Assembly (NCBI GenBank): GCA_051294905.1
Contig: CM119371.1
Span: forward strand, 25,298,001-25,362,000
DNA length: 64,000 nucleotides
Direction of reading: 5' to 3'
Origin: Botryllus schlosseri
Taxonomy: Eukaryota
The stretch's first letter is position 1. Every line of letters starts with the position of its first letter. The position numbers and the translations under genes are program-made. The notes beneath the pieces are model-generated. The model was not told the DNA's origin and searched no databases. It saw only the letters and a program-made list of their open reading frames with translations. This document shows, piece after piece, positions 12,770 through 25,953 of this stretch.

Positions 12770-14324
12770 CTTAACTGAACATATACTTTCACAAATATAT
12801 TATTTAAAGCACTTTAGAAGACTTTTAGGGTGTCTGTCAGCTTATAGAATTTAGATCAGTGACTCTGAAACTTGTGGCCGGCGTCCGTTTGGGGTGCGTG
12901 AGTCACGAAACAGTTTTATGGGACGGCAAAGCACTTTTATAAAATTGACAAGATCCAGAATCATAACGTTGTCGAATTTAAATAATTTCAAGCAAGTTTA
13001 CAAACAAAACTCTAGGGGCGCCTAACATCGATTCGTAAACCAACAAAAAAGAAATATTTTCGCGCAGATTTTTTGAACCTGAAATTCTTTCTGGATATCT
13101 TGATTTTGTCATGGGCACACCTCCGGAAAGAGAACCATAATTGCTACAAAAATTGGCTATTGGCACTGGAAACTGTGGGATACCGGTATATTATTGGGAT
13201 AGCTCAAGACCAAGGGGATAACTTGGTCTAGGCGTGTGCTCGTATGAGTGCAAGAGCTCTAGGTATCGACACTTGTGCACTCAACATTTCCGCATTGAAG
13301 CACTCCGCAAGATATTAATTTTCAGCCAACATGCGGCTTCGCGAAGGGCGCTGCCAAAAAGAAAACGGCGATAGCCGCTCAGCCCAAAACGGCCGCCGCA
13401 TGTTGTTCTAAAGCTAAACGTTCAAAAATGATATGTCGAAGCACCGAAATCACCTATCCTTGCAATGTCAGCCGCACGGTTCACAAGCAACTTTCAGCGG
13501 AATATATTGAGTTGTGCGAAGAAATGCTAATTTAAGATCAACTGGCAACCTACGTCATAGCAACATCCAGTACTGTCAGAGAAGCGTCAATCATTACTTG
13601 ATGATGTCTCAAATTAACAGCACCCATCTCTCAACAAAGTGATTATTAACAGTATTATGCAGTCTGATGGTAACGCGCGAGACCTTCGCGGATAATATTA
13701 AACGTGGCCTTGCGGTATGAGCAATTATTATGCAAGAATATTTATTCGCGCCCAAATTTTTCAAGGCACCATCTCTATCAGCTTCCTCAGAAAAACCCGA
13801 TCACGGGAGCTGAGGGAGCGAAAAAAATTATAGTCGTATTAGCAAGAACGAAGATTGTACATGGATTGGATTCATGAACCCCAAATATTTCGTGCTTCGC
13901 GAGGAATTAATAGATCGAAATGTGCGTTGATTTCTCATAATACTAATTCACTAGCGTTTTGGTGCGTATAGTAGGCCATAGTGATACCTATAAATAGATG
14001 AGTCCATCGTTTAGGAAGACCCATTGAGGAGTGTTCACAAATTTTAATTATACTGACAAAAACAGACTCACTGATAATGTGAATTGTTATCCTAAGATCT
14101 GGGAAATTATCGATGGTTTTTGAGTCCCATTTATCCGACGATAACTCAGCAAATGGTTATCAAACGCATACAATGCTTTGGACAATGAACGAACATGTCC
14201 CATGATCCCATTTCAACATATTAATCTGCACAACGAAGAAAAAGGCTTGTCGTATACACTTCGTGACCAAAGAGCCTGTTAATAGCTCGTCCGTTTCAAA
14301 AAGTCGTGAGATTTCAATAATTAC

Positions 14325-14414
14325 TCGAGAATGCAATTTCTTTCCAATTCCATCTGCAGCTTGGCAGCGCAACCGATCCATCGACGAGAAGAATTGAAGC
14401 CGACTTCTTTGAAC
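14325..14414 (-). CDS. GPCR ectodomain exon (FKEVGFNSSRRWIGCAAKLQMELERNCIL)
   Basis: gtttatag/gtaatt, 90 nt, phase 2->2. Confidence 0.6.
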
Positions 14415-14656
14415 CTATAAACGAACAGTAGATTGCTTGGAATCGATGGCTGGCAAAGCTGACTCGTTTCCAATGACTCTCTGTAAATATCACGCATTGC
14501 AGTAGATTCCGCCTGACATTATGTGAGTAAGAACACTGTAACAGTTTAACAGAGCACTTTGCCTGAACAAAACGTTCCATAAGATTACACCCTCGTTTGA
14601 TAGCGCCGCTCGGTATATAATAAAGCACATACCATCACGAATATGGATGAACTTAC

Positions 14657-14762
14657 AGGTTTATACTATGTTTTTCCAGAACGACCCTACAATGGGCGTT
14701 ATTCCCGAAGCACGCCTGAGCAGCATTCTTATATGCGCATACAAAATCGGTAAATTCTTCCC
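14657..14762 (-). CDS. GPCR ectodomain exon (EEFTDFVCAYKNAAQACFGNNAHCRVVLEKHSINL)
   Basis: gttttcag/gtaagt, 106 nt, phase 1->2, in phase with the downstream chain. Confidence 0.7.
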
Positions 14763-14829
14763 CTGAAAACGAAACCGTCGTCAGGAAAACTTACTCAGAC
14801 AGGCGCTGTTTACTGCTTATCGTTGTAAT

Positions 14830-16787
14830 CAGTGATTCCCAACCGCGGCCCCCAGCTAGCCTTCTTGCGGCCCCCACAAAAATACTGAAAATCGTTTTAT
14901 GAAAAAAAATATCTTTATAAAATACTCTTGCTTGGCTTGGAGTCTGGAGTTGTCAATAAGGATTGCAGGAAAATTGTGAGTACACTGCTAAGATTACGTC
15001 ATTGCTGTTTCAATGCAATGTGCCCTACCTTTCCAGTTGAACGAGCAGTACCTATAGATATAGGTTTGGATAGAGGTGTTGACAGGACCGTAACTGCCGC
15101 ACCCCAAACCTCCCAATTGGCGGGGAAAGCGACCTCGAAGGGGGCCCTAAATAATTAAGTGAATTAGCAAAAATTATAGAGTATTTTATGAAATTTTATG
15201 CGATTTCAAATTTCCAGGTATGGAAATACCTGATTAAATAATTACCTAATTACCTAATTACCTATAACCTAATTATTGGGTACTCTTCCACCAAGATAAA
15301 ATACGCAAGATTTATAGAAGTGGGTATATCGGCGTTAACCATTACGGCGCCACGACGCACGAAGACGTATAAAGTTTTAGGCCATGCAACATGCGACTCC
15401 AAGAAGTGTGCCAGAACGATCGGCAGCGAAAAAACCTTGACCGAAAAGGACTGCCGTTACGCTGGCCGAAAACTTCGTTATGTATACAAAATACATATAG
15501 GTATAGTTGACCATAGGAGCCCAAATGACTGGCGTCGAATGTTCTTCTCTTGGCAATCTGAACCTCACGAGACAAATAGACTACCATCCCACAGGGAAGA
15601 ATTATATGCCCGTGAAGACCTACCAATTTGAAATCATGTGCATCTTTTAGTTAAGTACGTTTGGGCGATTTTATATTTCATATTCATATTTTGATATAGG
15701 AGACTGGAGGTCACGAAATAACATCATGTATAAAAGTTGTACCAACGGGTCCGCCCGCCCGAATATGTTAAATTATTATTTACTGGCCCTACAGTTTCCA
15801 CGACACCCCACTCAGCTCTGCCGGTAAATCTGATTATGTGAGCAGAGAGGGCAAGAAATTGATAGCAATATATATGCAATTCCAGATCTCATTGACCTAT
15901 TTTATTTTGAATTATCAAAAACTTTCGCGCCTCACGCTGGCTCACTAAACGGTGATCCTAATTTCGTGGCAGAAGCGAACAACGGGACGGGGGATCAGTT
16001 TATCCCCCTATGGGAGCTCAAGACATAAGTGTTTTGGTGTGCCTGACGAAGTGCTGTTCGGGCACACGCCCGAAGATGTTTAATTATTATTGAGTGGTCC
16101 TACCTTTTCAAACACAACTCACTCGGCTCAACGGGTTAATCTGATTACGTGAGCAGAGAGAGGATAAAAATTGATAGCAATATATATGCAAGTCGGACGC
16201 ACTATATATGCAAAACGGACACCCGATTTAGGTGATAAATAGCGGTAAACAGCCATTTAGCCTGAGGGGTCTGGTGGGCTTTGAAGGTCGGTCTATCACC
16301 CTATGGGGAGCCCGGGAGCAACGTTTTTTGAGGGGAGAGGCTGACGAAGTGACGTTACGGCCCTGGGTATTGATAACTAATTTACGGATAGATGTGCAAC
16401 AAGTGACTCACGATTGAATACGCCGAGATGCGTACTGCTTATAGTAGCATAATTGGTAGTCCTAGCTCGCGACGCAAGCGTCCGAATAATTTGATATGTC
16501 GGTGTTTATCGAAAGCAAGTGTCGCACTGATTCCAAAAATAATAATTAAAATCTAGCCAGGGCAATAAAACTATTCAGAAATAGCAATCAAAGGTTGATT
16601 GTTCTGAACAATGGGAGCGCGGCAACACAATGGCCAATGGCGTCAAGCGAATGATCGGAATAATGCCAATTTTCATATTTTGGTGACTATTTTGGGTTCC
16701 TTTCATTATCCTGGTATTCGTGCGGCCCCGACCGTACTCTGAAATTCTAAATTTGGCCCTGCCACCGAAAAAGGTTGGGAACCACTG
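14830..16787. mobile_element. hAT MITE containing nested element 15083-16365
   Basis: TIR CAGTG(A/G)TTCCCAACC, perfect TSD GTTGTAAT; inner element CAGGACCGTAAC...GTTACGGCCCTG with TSD GGTGTTGA/GGTATTGA. Confidence 0.85.
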
Positions 16788-18080
16788 GTTGTAATGATGC
16801 TTTAGCCACTAAAGTTTGGTGGTTATACTAACCACTGAATCGTAAACCCAAAAGATGCTATGAACAGAGTTTGAATGGTTCAACCTTTATATAAGTCAGG
16901 GGCAGGAAACTTCACCAGTCGGCGGATCTGATATGAGAAAATGAAATACTAATAGTTTCATGGTCATCATTCTCAAGTTGGCCACATTATCATGAAAGAC
17001 CGGAAAGTCTCTGCGGGCCTTATGTTGCCCGTCCTAGATATAATGGGTTCCTAAACTTTTTTTTAGCTTGGACCCCTTAATTTTATTTTAAGCCTTCGCG
17101 TTTCCCCTAGCAAAAAACTCACCAGAACCAATTTATGAACCACGGTATATCTATTGGTATTGTTACGTTCGTCGATTCAAGTAAGCCATTATCCAAGACC
17201 ATTCAATATTCAAGTAACGGTATAGTACAGCTCATAATATCTGATTACCGGTAGCTCATTGGATGCTGCAAATTCAGTTTGCAGTCGACAGTAAAATGTT
17301 CAGTCACGGTATCAAGGTGTGGATATACATAATTCGCAATCAAGTTGAAAAGTGAATTTGCCAGAACCCGAATGAAATACGCAAAATCATCCCATACCCA
17401 CTTTTTCTGCGGGTATTTCGCTCATTAACAATTATATATAGGCCTACGATAAACATACACAACACACACAATATAGTTCCGTAGCTAACTGAATCCGGTA
17501 TTACGCGATTCACCGACGATTCGCAATAGCTTATGATTAAGTCATATTACTATTAATTTTATCCACTCTCAGCCCCCGTGATCAACTTTATTGGTATAGA
17601 CTTATCTGTGGGTTAGCACCGGGTGGGCTTATTATTAATAATTACTTTGTTGATGCAAGTTAATATTTCGTAACGCCGGGAAAAGATTGTCTCTCCTCAA
17701 ATGATTTCAAAGTCACTCACACGTACCGTATCAAACGCAAAACACTTTTCTATTGAGACGCATGGGGCTACAAATTGCCATTTTTGCTAGTGCACGTCAT
17801 TTCGCTCTGTCTTTGTATTCGTACCGTGGCGCTCATATTGCGAAGAGATGTCTTTTTTGGCACCGACCATTTCGGCACCTAGACGAATCAATGTCACAGA
17901 TTTCGGATAACAAGTGGCGGTGTTTTAGGTTAAGGTTTTATCGCTTCCGATCTTTTGGCAAAGTACTTTACGGATACATTTGTAACTTCATGCATCTTGA
18001 TGAGTCTTGTGGCGAAGATGACTGGTGCGGGAATACCGGTGCTTAATTGCGAATAATGTTATTTGAGAAGGGGTACGTAT

Positions 18081-20622
18081 CAGAGTTGGATCAATTGTAA
18101 TTTGTAATTGAGCAGAATGCAATTATTACATTCTTTAATGAAGCATTTCTATTCTGTGTAATTGTAATTGAAATTGTAATTTGATGAAAATTTTGCTCAA
18201 TTACAATTGCAATTACATTGTTATGGAAACTTGATAATCACTACATAAAATAATCAATCACCCATTTATTCGTCACACCAGTGAAAATCCGGTACGGACG
18301 AGGATTACGACGAGGGGCCGCAAGGCCTTAAGGCTCGAAACCTGTAATAATTAGCCTATTTACATCGGTGTTCTACGTGTGCCGCGTAATAAGTAGATAA
18401 TTCAGCCATGCTAAACTGTTTGCCATACTTTAGTAGCAACAAGAAACTTTGTGAATTATATTATAGGCTAAACCAGTGGTTCTCAAACTGGGGGGGCGTG
18501 CCTCCACCCCCCCTACCCCCTTGGGCGGCGTGAAAGCATCTGAAGGTCGGCGCGAAGCTCCGGTAAACTTACGGTAAACTCCGGCGACTCACTTCTATTT
18601 CATAGCTATTGCTCTGTCTATAGTCCGAATTTTATATTGGAGATTCCCTCATCAACAGTCATAATCTTCCATACCATCAAACTATCTGTAAGGATTGCTA
18701 ACATTCAGGCTTTATGGTGTGATATGGCGATAAGTGGGGTACGAAATATTGCACTGTCATAAAGGGGGGCGTGTCTGAATAAGTTTGAGGATCAGTTGGC
18801 TGAACTCAATCTTAATATTTCAAAAATGAATGAACAACAAATAAACTCTTCTGAAACCTGTGCTGAACCATTTCCTACACACCACGGTCATGGTTTTATT
18901 TTTAAATCTCTGACCAGTACCAAGGCTCGCTGCAACAATTGCGAAAAGAAATTCAAGATTCCAACCAAGGCTTCATCAAACTTGATCACACATTTGTTGA
19001 GATGTCATCCCAATCTTACCTTCGATCTTGGCCAAATTTACTGGGGCCAGAAATTTTCGCACCCCAATGTTCATCAAATGCAATCTAACAGTTTCCGAGC
19101 AAGTGAAAATATAAATGTAGTAATTCGTAGTTATCAGGAGGATCTTTCATTTTGCATTTATTTTAATTGTACAATCTTATCGGCATCATCGTCATCGCTA
19201 ACGCTTTACCAATTACATTTCATTATCCTCGCTCAGCTCTGAGTAGCCTAATCGTTTGATTACATTTCGTCGAATGTCCTGCAGCCGATTCGCTATTAGT
19301 CGCTCAAACTTTTGGCTGTTAACAGTCGCTTGAAACATATTTCTGTGTTTGTAGTGTTCAGTACTCATGAATAGGAATAGTTCGAATACGCTCGAGTTTT
19401 ATTTTAATTGAAGGGTATTCTACGTATCATGAATTAAACATGAATAGTAGGGATGGTGTGAACCTCTGAAAGGTTCAGGTTCGTGTGAACGCGAACCTTT
19501 TTAAAAGGTTCTGTGTGAGCACGAACGTGAACCTCATGACGTCACGTGACGTCATATTGCTAATTCCAGCCCTATCTTTCAATGAAGTGATAGCTTATAT
19601 TAATGTACACGATACCTATAGTGACGACTTGAGCCACATAATGCAACAATTCTGAAGTACATATTGGCGTTTTAAACGTCGCTAAATGTATCAACTGAGG
19701 CAATCAAAGGATATAATACTTCTATAAAATCAATATCTTTCGTCGCTTTGCCAACAATTTCGACGAGGACTTACCAGGGAATAAACGCTTATCCCTTAAC
19801 GGTCTAGGCCAGACCGGACAATGTATTCGGTGTCTGAATATTGCTACATTGATATTGAGCACAGTGTAAAATGGGTTTCTATACTTGCTACCGATATTAC
19901 CTCATTAAGAAGTTATACAACAGTAGCCAACTCCTCAATCGCACGGATTTGGTTTTAATGATGCAGTAAAGATATGAAGTCAAGATTGACCCCGTACGCC
20001 TTCTCGAATTTTTACATCAGAAAACGATATCAATTTCATTGATTGGTTGAATAAGCATCCTTCGCTGACGATGTATTTCGTTCGTGATGTGTGTGATTGC
20101 GCGTCAAGCTCACAGCAGAGAGTCACTAAATATTCACAAACGGAAAGCTGGATATTTCGAGCAAACTTTTGTAACAAAGCAAGTAAAATTTTTGAGATTG
20201 TCAAGGTGCATGCTCGTTTAGTGTTGATTTTTACTGCTGCCAGCGCCATGCATAGAGTGGCCCGCAGTTGAAAAGCAATAAATTTGAACCGAAGATGTTA
20301 TAATGAAGTGAAAATTGCAATATATGAAAAAGGTTCACAGTGCAGAACCTACCGAGGTTCTGTTGTGAACGCGAAACTCTAAATTTCCGAGGTTCGCACA
20401 CAGAACACGAACGTGAACCTCACGTTCACACCATCCCTAATGAATAGCTTGAGATTGTTACTAATTACGTCGCTACGTTTGTCAAAGAACACCTCTACAC
20501 CGAATAAACTAGATATTTAACAGTAATTGTAATTGTAATTATAATTGTAATAATTACATGTTTAACAGTAATTGCAATTGTAATTGTAATTGATCTGAAT
20601 TATGGTAATTGATCCAACTCTG
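18081..20622 (+). mobile_element. hAT element with BED zinc-finger remnant, hosting two nested MITEs (18474-18797, 19448-20439)
   Basis: TIR CAGAGTTGGATCAATT, TSD GTACGTAT/GTACCTAT, subterminal TGTAAT repeats; ARCNNCEKKF...SNLITHLLRCHP in ORF 18796..19242. Confidence 0.8.
19448..20439. mobile_element. hAT-type MITE
   Basis: TIR TAGGGATGGTGTGAAC, perfect TSD ATGAATAG. Confidence 0.88.
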
Positions 20623-23600
20623 GTACCTATCAAGGAATCCAGTGTCAGTTAATTACGCGAGTGATGAAGTAAAATCCCACGCTCAATGGATCGACATATA
20701 CGAATATTTTAGTTTATGTCCATTTACGAACTGATTTTGAGAGCCCTCCAGAGGGGGGTTCCGGTACGGCTGCTACAGTCCTGGTTACCGGCCACACACA
20801 TTATAATAATAGGCTTTTGGAAGTACAAAACTTCAATATCGTTGCAAACAATACGTTCATATTGCCAAATTTATTCCACTCAAAGCTTTTCGACTGACTA
20901 TCATCAGTAGTGAATTTCAGTAAATGCGATCAATCAAATTCGAAATATAGAAATAATTTTGTCGCTGTGACGTAATAATGACAAGTACACAGAGTCGCGA
21001 ACGGCACATAACAGCGTACGGTACGGTATAGAAGACACAAATTCGGCTGTGAAATTGTTGAATGGCAACACAACACCAATGAAATATTCCCACGTTATAC
21101 AGATTAGGGTTATGACTAGAAAAAAAATCAAAATTTTGTGTGTCATGTAGTCACAATCGATGAACTTTTGTGTCCTGATTTCAAAATTAACAAAAGTTAG
21201 GACTGTGTAAACAAAAACCTCACGCACAAAGATTTTCCAGTTTTCACTGTATGAAGGATAGGCTATTTTGTAGACACAGACTATAAAATATATATACCGA
21301 CTGATTTCAATTTAACTGACACAATTCCGATTCCAAAGATTTAAAATAGTACTTTGGTAAATTGTGATTGCCCATATTGAATTAATGCGATCGTTTTCTT
21401 GCTTACAGTCAAAATTAAATAAATATTAATTTCGATTTTAGATGTACACAGTATATATCGTATAATTTCAATTTGTGTGACACAAATCGAACCGGTTGTT
21501 CGAAAAGGCGAAAGTAGAACAACTCAACATATTTTCAGTGGTCTAGAAAACCGATTAGAGGAATATATTGAAAATTTGAAAATGTCATATCATATGTAAC
21601 TCAGCATCTGTTGATACTGGGCGGCGGAATGGTGTTATAGTGAAACTGCATATTGCAATGACGAGCGAGGGTTTTCATAAACCACAATACATTGGTTGCC
21701 AACATAATATTATCGATTCTTATAGCATATATCAGAGTTCTTGAAATCAACATCCTCAACGAATCCAACTCTCAGCTACAAATTTGGAGATGATATAGTA
21801 AAACACTACGAAAACAATCATCAACACCAATCATGCTTATTCATCGCAAATGCCTGTCAGGAAGCCTGATTTTCTAACCAGATGTCTATAGATGGAATAT
21901 TCTGAAGCCCGACCAATAATCGGTTCGCCGATAATATCGGGACGATATCACACTTTAAAAGAATTATCAGTATCGGCAATTGAAGCTGAAAAATCATCGG
22001 CAATTTTCGTGACGTCACAACATGACGGCAGGAAGTCAGAAAACTATAATCTTCAACCGCCAGACTGAGAATATTGATATATGTCACATAGCTTACACTT
22101 AACAAGTGTCCACATGTAGCCTTTCTAGTTTATTTCATGTTCAAGTATAGCAATGGCTGGAAAAATCTTCAAATAAATGCCCTGTAGCTTCGAAAATCTG
22201 CTTATGTATATCTAACTTCTTTTGAATATCGGCTGAATGGTTTAGGGATCTCGGTCAAGGTGTGAGATATCGGTTTTATTGGTATCGACCCAAAAGTCTA
22301 ATATCGGTTGGGCTCTTAAGTACAACAAAGATTATTTGCTGCTATCTTTGCGATCGAATATCCTGCAGCAATAAATTGCCGGAAAATCCCATTGGAAGTC
22401 GAATATGTCCGTTGTAGATGTCCCTGGCACGAGCATAACAACACAAAGGAAAGTCAAATTGATGGATGAATTTTACCAGAAGTGCAAACGACATATATAT
22501 GAAGATTAAATTTGTACCAACGAATATCTTTGAATTGTAATTTTTTTTTCCATATTTGTACCTATGTCAAAAATTGAAGTTGGTTTGTGAGGGACCTTTT
22601 TTCAATTTGGACAAAACGATCATAATTTATTAATTTATACCAAAATGTTCATGAATTCCTGATACAGGCAATTTCTTTTTCAAGTCATAACCCTAATACA
22701 GATGCTCCTTCTGGCGGCAGAGGATCGACTTTTGCAGCTTTATAACGGTAGATCGAGGACTTTTAAATAATAAGTGAACGGGTATTAGTACCGTGCGTTG
22801 TTATGTGGCGTTCGCGACTCAGAGTACTTGTCAATATTACACCACAACGACATAATTATTTCTATATTTCGAATTTGATTGATCGCACTTACTGACGTTC
22901 GCTCCTGATAAGAGTCAGTCGAAAAGCTCCGAGTGGAATAAATTTGGCAATATGAACATGCTGTTTGCTGGAACATTATATTAATACTTATTATAACTAT
23001 TCCAAATAAATGCTGACATTTTTTTCTACCAGCCCTATCTGTCTAACCTTAAAGGGCCTCAATTTTCAATATATCGTCAAAAAATATGAACCCCTGAAAA
23101 AATCGGGAAAGGTTCCCAACCTTTTTCGACTCATGGCCCCCTGTCCAAGCTTCACACCGATCGTCGCCCCCCAAATACTGGGAACCGAAAAATCGGTATA
23201 CACACTGTAATCACCGCAGAGTTGACTAAAAAAGGTCCCTTCTCCGACTTGACTCAGATGTAGCCGTGTAAACGCGCCATCGCTCCCTATCGCCCCCGTC
23301 GCTCCGTTTTCGCTCCTCATCGCTCTTTTCGTTATTTTCCTTCCCCTAGACCGCCAACTCGCCCTTTTTTTTGGGGGGGGGGGGGATATCACCCACGTTG
23401 GGAACCGGTGTACTAAATCTTTAAGAATCATGTTGGCGACAGCAGAAAACTATCCCTCATCTCATTTACAGATTCAAAAATCTCTTGATTACTATCGAGC
23501 AGCACCTTTTCAAGCTCCACACGTAGGCAAAGAAAAAAAAGCTGTGCTCCATCACATTTTCGTATGGTTCCGTATAAATCTCAATTGGTGTCATATAGTA

Positions 23601-24240
23601 ATACAACAATTCGCTAGAATGAGACATTTCGTTCATTTGATGATTGAGGGGATGCAATAAGATAGAATCATAGTCAACCGGATTTACCGCGAGTTAAAAC
23701 ACGTTTATGGACGATCTGCGTCAACATTTCCATTATGAACCTATGCAATTTGTAGACATAAGTTTATAACGGAAACATTCTCATTCCAACTATAACATGC
23801 AATTTCAGTTGATATGTGACACTGTATTATATATTCATAGGCCCTTGTTTAAAACATTTTTTGAAACCATGACGTCACCAATATTCAATTGTGACGTCAT
23901 AGTGAATTTACATTGACAATTGAAAGTATTTGGTAAACCTAGCTCATTTGACGAATTATATGTACTATTGCTGTTGAACCGACTATTTTGAGGGTTCCAA
24001 CCATCGCATATCGATATACTTCAGCTATACTGGGAGGTAATTGTTCGTAGGCTCATACAACATGTTCTTGGAAAGTATTTAAACAATTATGGCATAATTT
24101 TACAATAAAAAAACACAACTTTCCTTAATGCCTTTGTTTAAAACACTGTTCAGAACATGTTTTAAACCAGGTATTTTAAAACACCGTTTGTTTTAAATGC
24201 ATTCCTAGTCATAGCACAGACTTGATGATAATCCACTTAC

Positions 24241-24291
24241 CGAATCCATTCCTACGAACGTTAATTCTCCAGCAGTCCGAAAAGATGTAAC
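24241..24291 (-). CDS. Probable 51-nt exon, frame uncertain (GYIFSDCWRINVRRNGF in phase 1)
   Basis: strong gcgttcag acceptor and gtaagt donor; symmetric length. Confidence 0.5.
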
Positions 24292-24556
24292 CTGAACGCA
24301 ATGGAATGAATCGGCCGTATAATTGTTTTTCGTACAAGAAGAATTAGTTCTTATGATATCATAAGATTCAGAGGAAAATCGAGCATTTCGCCTATTTTCA
24401 CCAGAGTGTAGATTCCTAATTTGGTTTTGACAATTTAAGATATGATTTTACTCCACTTCATTGTGCTAAGACTAATCAAATGCGGGAATTTAATTGATAT
24501 ATATCCCATAGGAGTGGAATGCATTCTGTTTTCGTGAAAATGGATATAGCCTACAC

Positions 24557-25812
24557 CAGGGGTTCTCAACCCGCGGCCCGCAGACGCTTTTTCTGTGGCC
24601 CGCGAGTTCTTTCAATATGATCGCAATTATTACCGGCACAGTTATGTTGTATACTGTATCAATTTAGCTACTAAAGCTCTCTTATCGCTCCGTCTCTGTT
24701 TCGTTTGATTTATTCTCATTCTTCAATGTTTTCTGGTTTCTTGATATATGGTCGAGTTTAGATTGTCATTGTTCTGAATAGGTCTTCGGACAGTTCCATT
24801 TCGAGTTACACATATCACCTGATCTTAGAAAAAAAGCGTTGCTAGCTAGGTCTCAGGCTAAGCAATCCATATTTTGAGGCATTGTTGAGATTGCCGACGA
24901 CGCTAAAAATGCATGGTTCAAAATTGCTTGGTGTATCGCTAAACCCACGAAATCTGTTAGAGAAGGTGTTTCTCCAACAAAACGTTACTATAATGTGCGA
25001 ATCTCCGCTGTTTCCGGAATTTAGCAGCAAGGACAACTTCACCTAACAAATTTCGAAGCTGCCGTTGTCTGATTCAACCGTGACAAGAAGAGTAACAGCA
25101 ATGTCAGTTAATCTTTCGTCGCATGTTTTGAAACGCGTTGCCCGTAGACTACTTCAACCTGGCATTGGACAAATCTGCGGACATTGCAACGCTAATTGCA
25201 TTGAGGTATTCTATCAGAGTGGATATATTTGTAGATGTAATGCTGGATGGGCAAACGTGGGGAGAGGGGACTAGCAAACAACATCAACTTAATTACAAAG
25301 CTGACTTCTGTAACTATTGGTGCAGGGTATCAGCCATGGAAGGAAAGGAGAATGGTTGATTGGTTTGCTCAGAAATTACCCCGGACATGAGACTTCTTCT
25401 CATATCACCGAGAGCCCAAAGTGACAATGGCCTCTGTAAAGAAAAAGTTACCGTAGTTTTATACTTGCTCGCTCACGCATTGAAACAGAGAGTTAAGTTC
25501 TCTGGTGCAAGGGTTTGAAGGTGCACATACCGACTTGGGAACGAATGCAATGCGCGCTTCATGAAGGGATTTATTGTTCCTTCGGAAGATGACACAATTT
25601 CACTAGAAACAGCAACTGAAAGCTTACGAACGCTGTCCATTATGCTGTAGAATGCATACAACATAAATGCCCATACACGACTGGTAAATAGGCTATATTA
25701 GCCTAAATATAATAGTATAGTCCACGAATATACGGTAGTAATGTTCTGCGGCCCGCAGCGCTTTTTGCTGTTAAAATGCGGCCCGTTACGCAAGGAAAGT
25801 TGAGAACCCCTG
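24557..25812 (+). mobile_element. hAT (Buster/Charlie-type) deletion derivative with transposase remnant
   Basis: TIR CAGGGGTTCTCAAC, perfect TSD GCCTACAC; remnants LSDSTVTRRV and YFNLALDKSADI...AMEGKENG (cf. FSLALDESTD...AM.G). Confidence 0.85.
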
Positions 25813-25837
25813 GCCTACACGAAAGAAACTACTATAC

Positions 25838-25953
25838 CTCTGGGCTGTATCTGTGAGGATTCGCATATTTGACTGGTTTTAAAGTATTGGAATGAGTATT
25901 TGTCAACACATATGAGAAGGACATATGAGCCACAGGAGAAATCAAGAGGCGGT
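25838..25953 (-). CDS. Tentative exon (PPLDFSCGSYVLLICVDKYSFQYFKTSQICESSQIQPR)
   Basis: ctgatag/gtatag, open Cys-containing frame, phase 2->1; upstream junction not resolved. Confidence 0.35.

Noticed and set aside
14763..14794. GTAAGT donor just upstream of exon 14657-14762
   Set aside because: It would need a 32-nt intron, and the upstream segment abuts a hAT insertion
16341..16365. CTGACGAAG motif (also ~16043 and ~31101) as a hammerhead core
   Set aside because: No downstream GAAA or stems; it is a MITE subterminal sequence
17720..18041. Possible small minus-strand exons, including a CRNGRC reading
   Set aside because: I could not build a stop-free, phase-consistent chain; left unannotated
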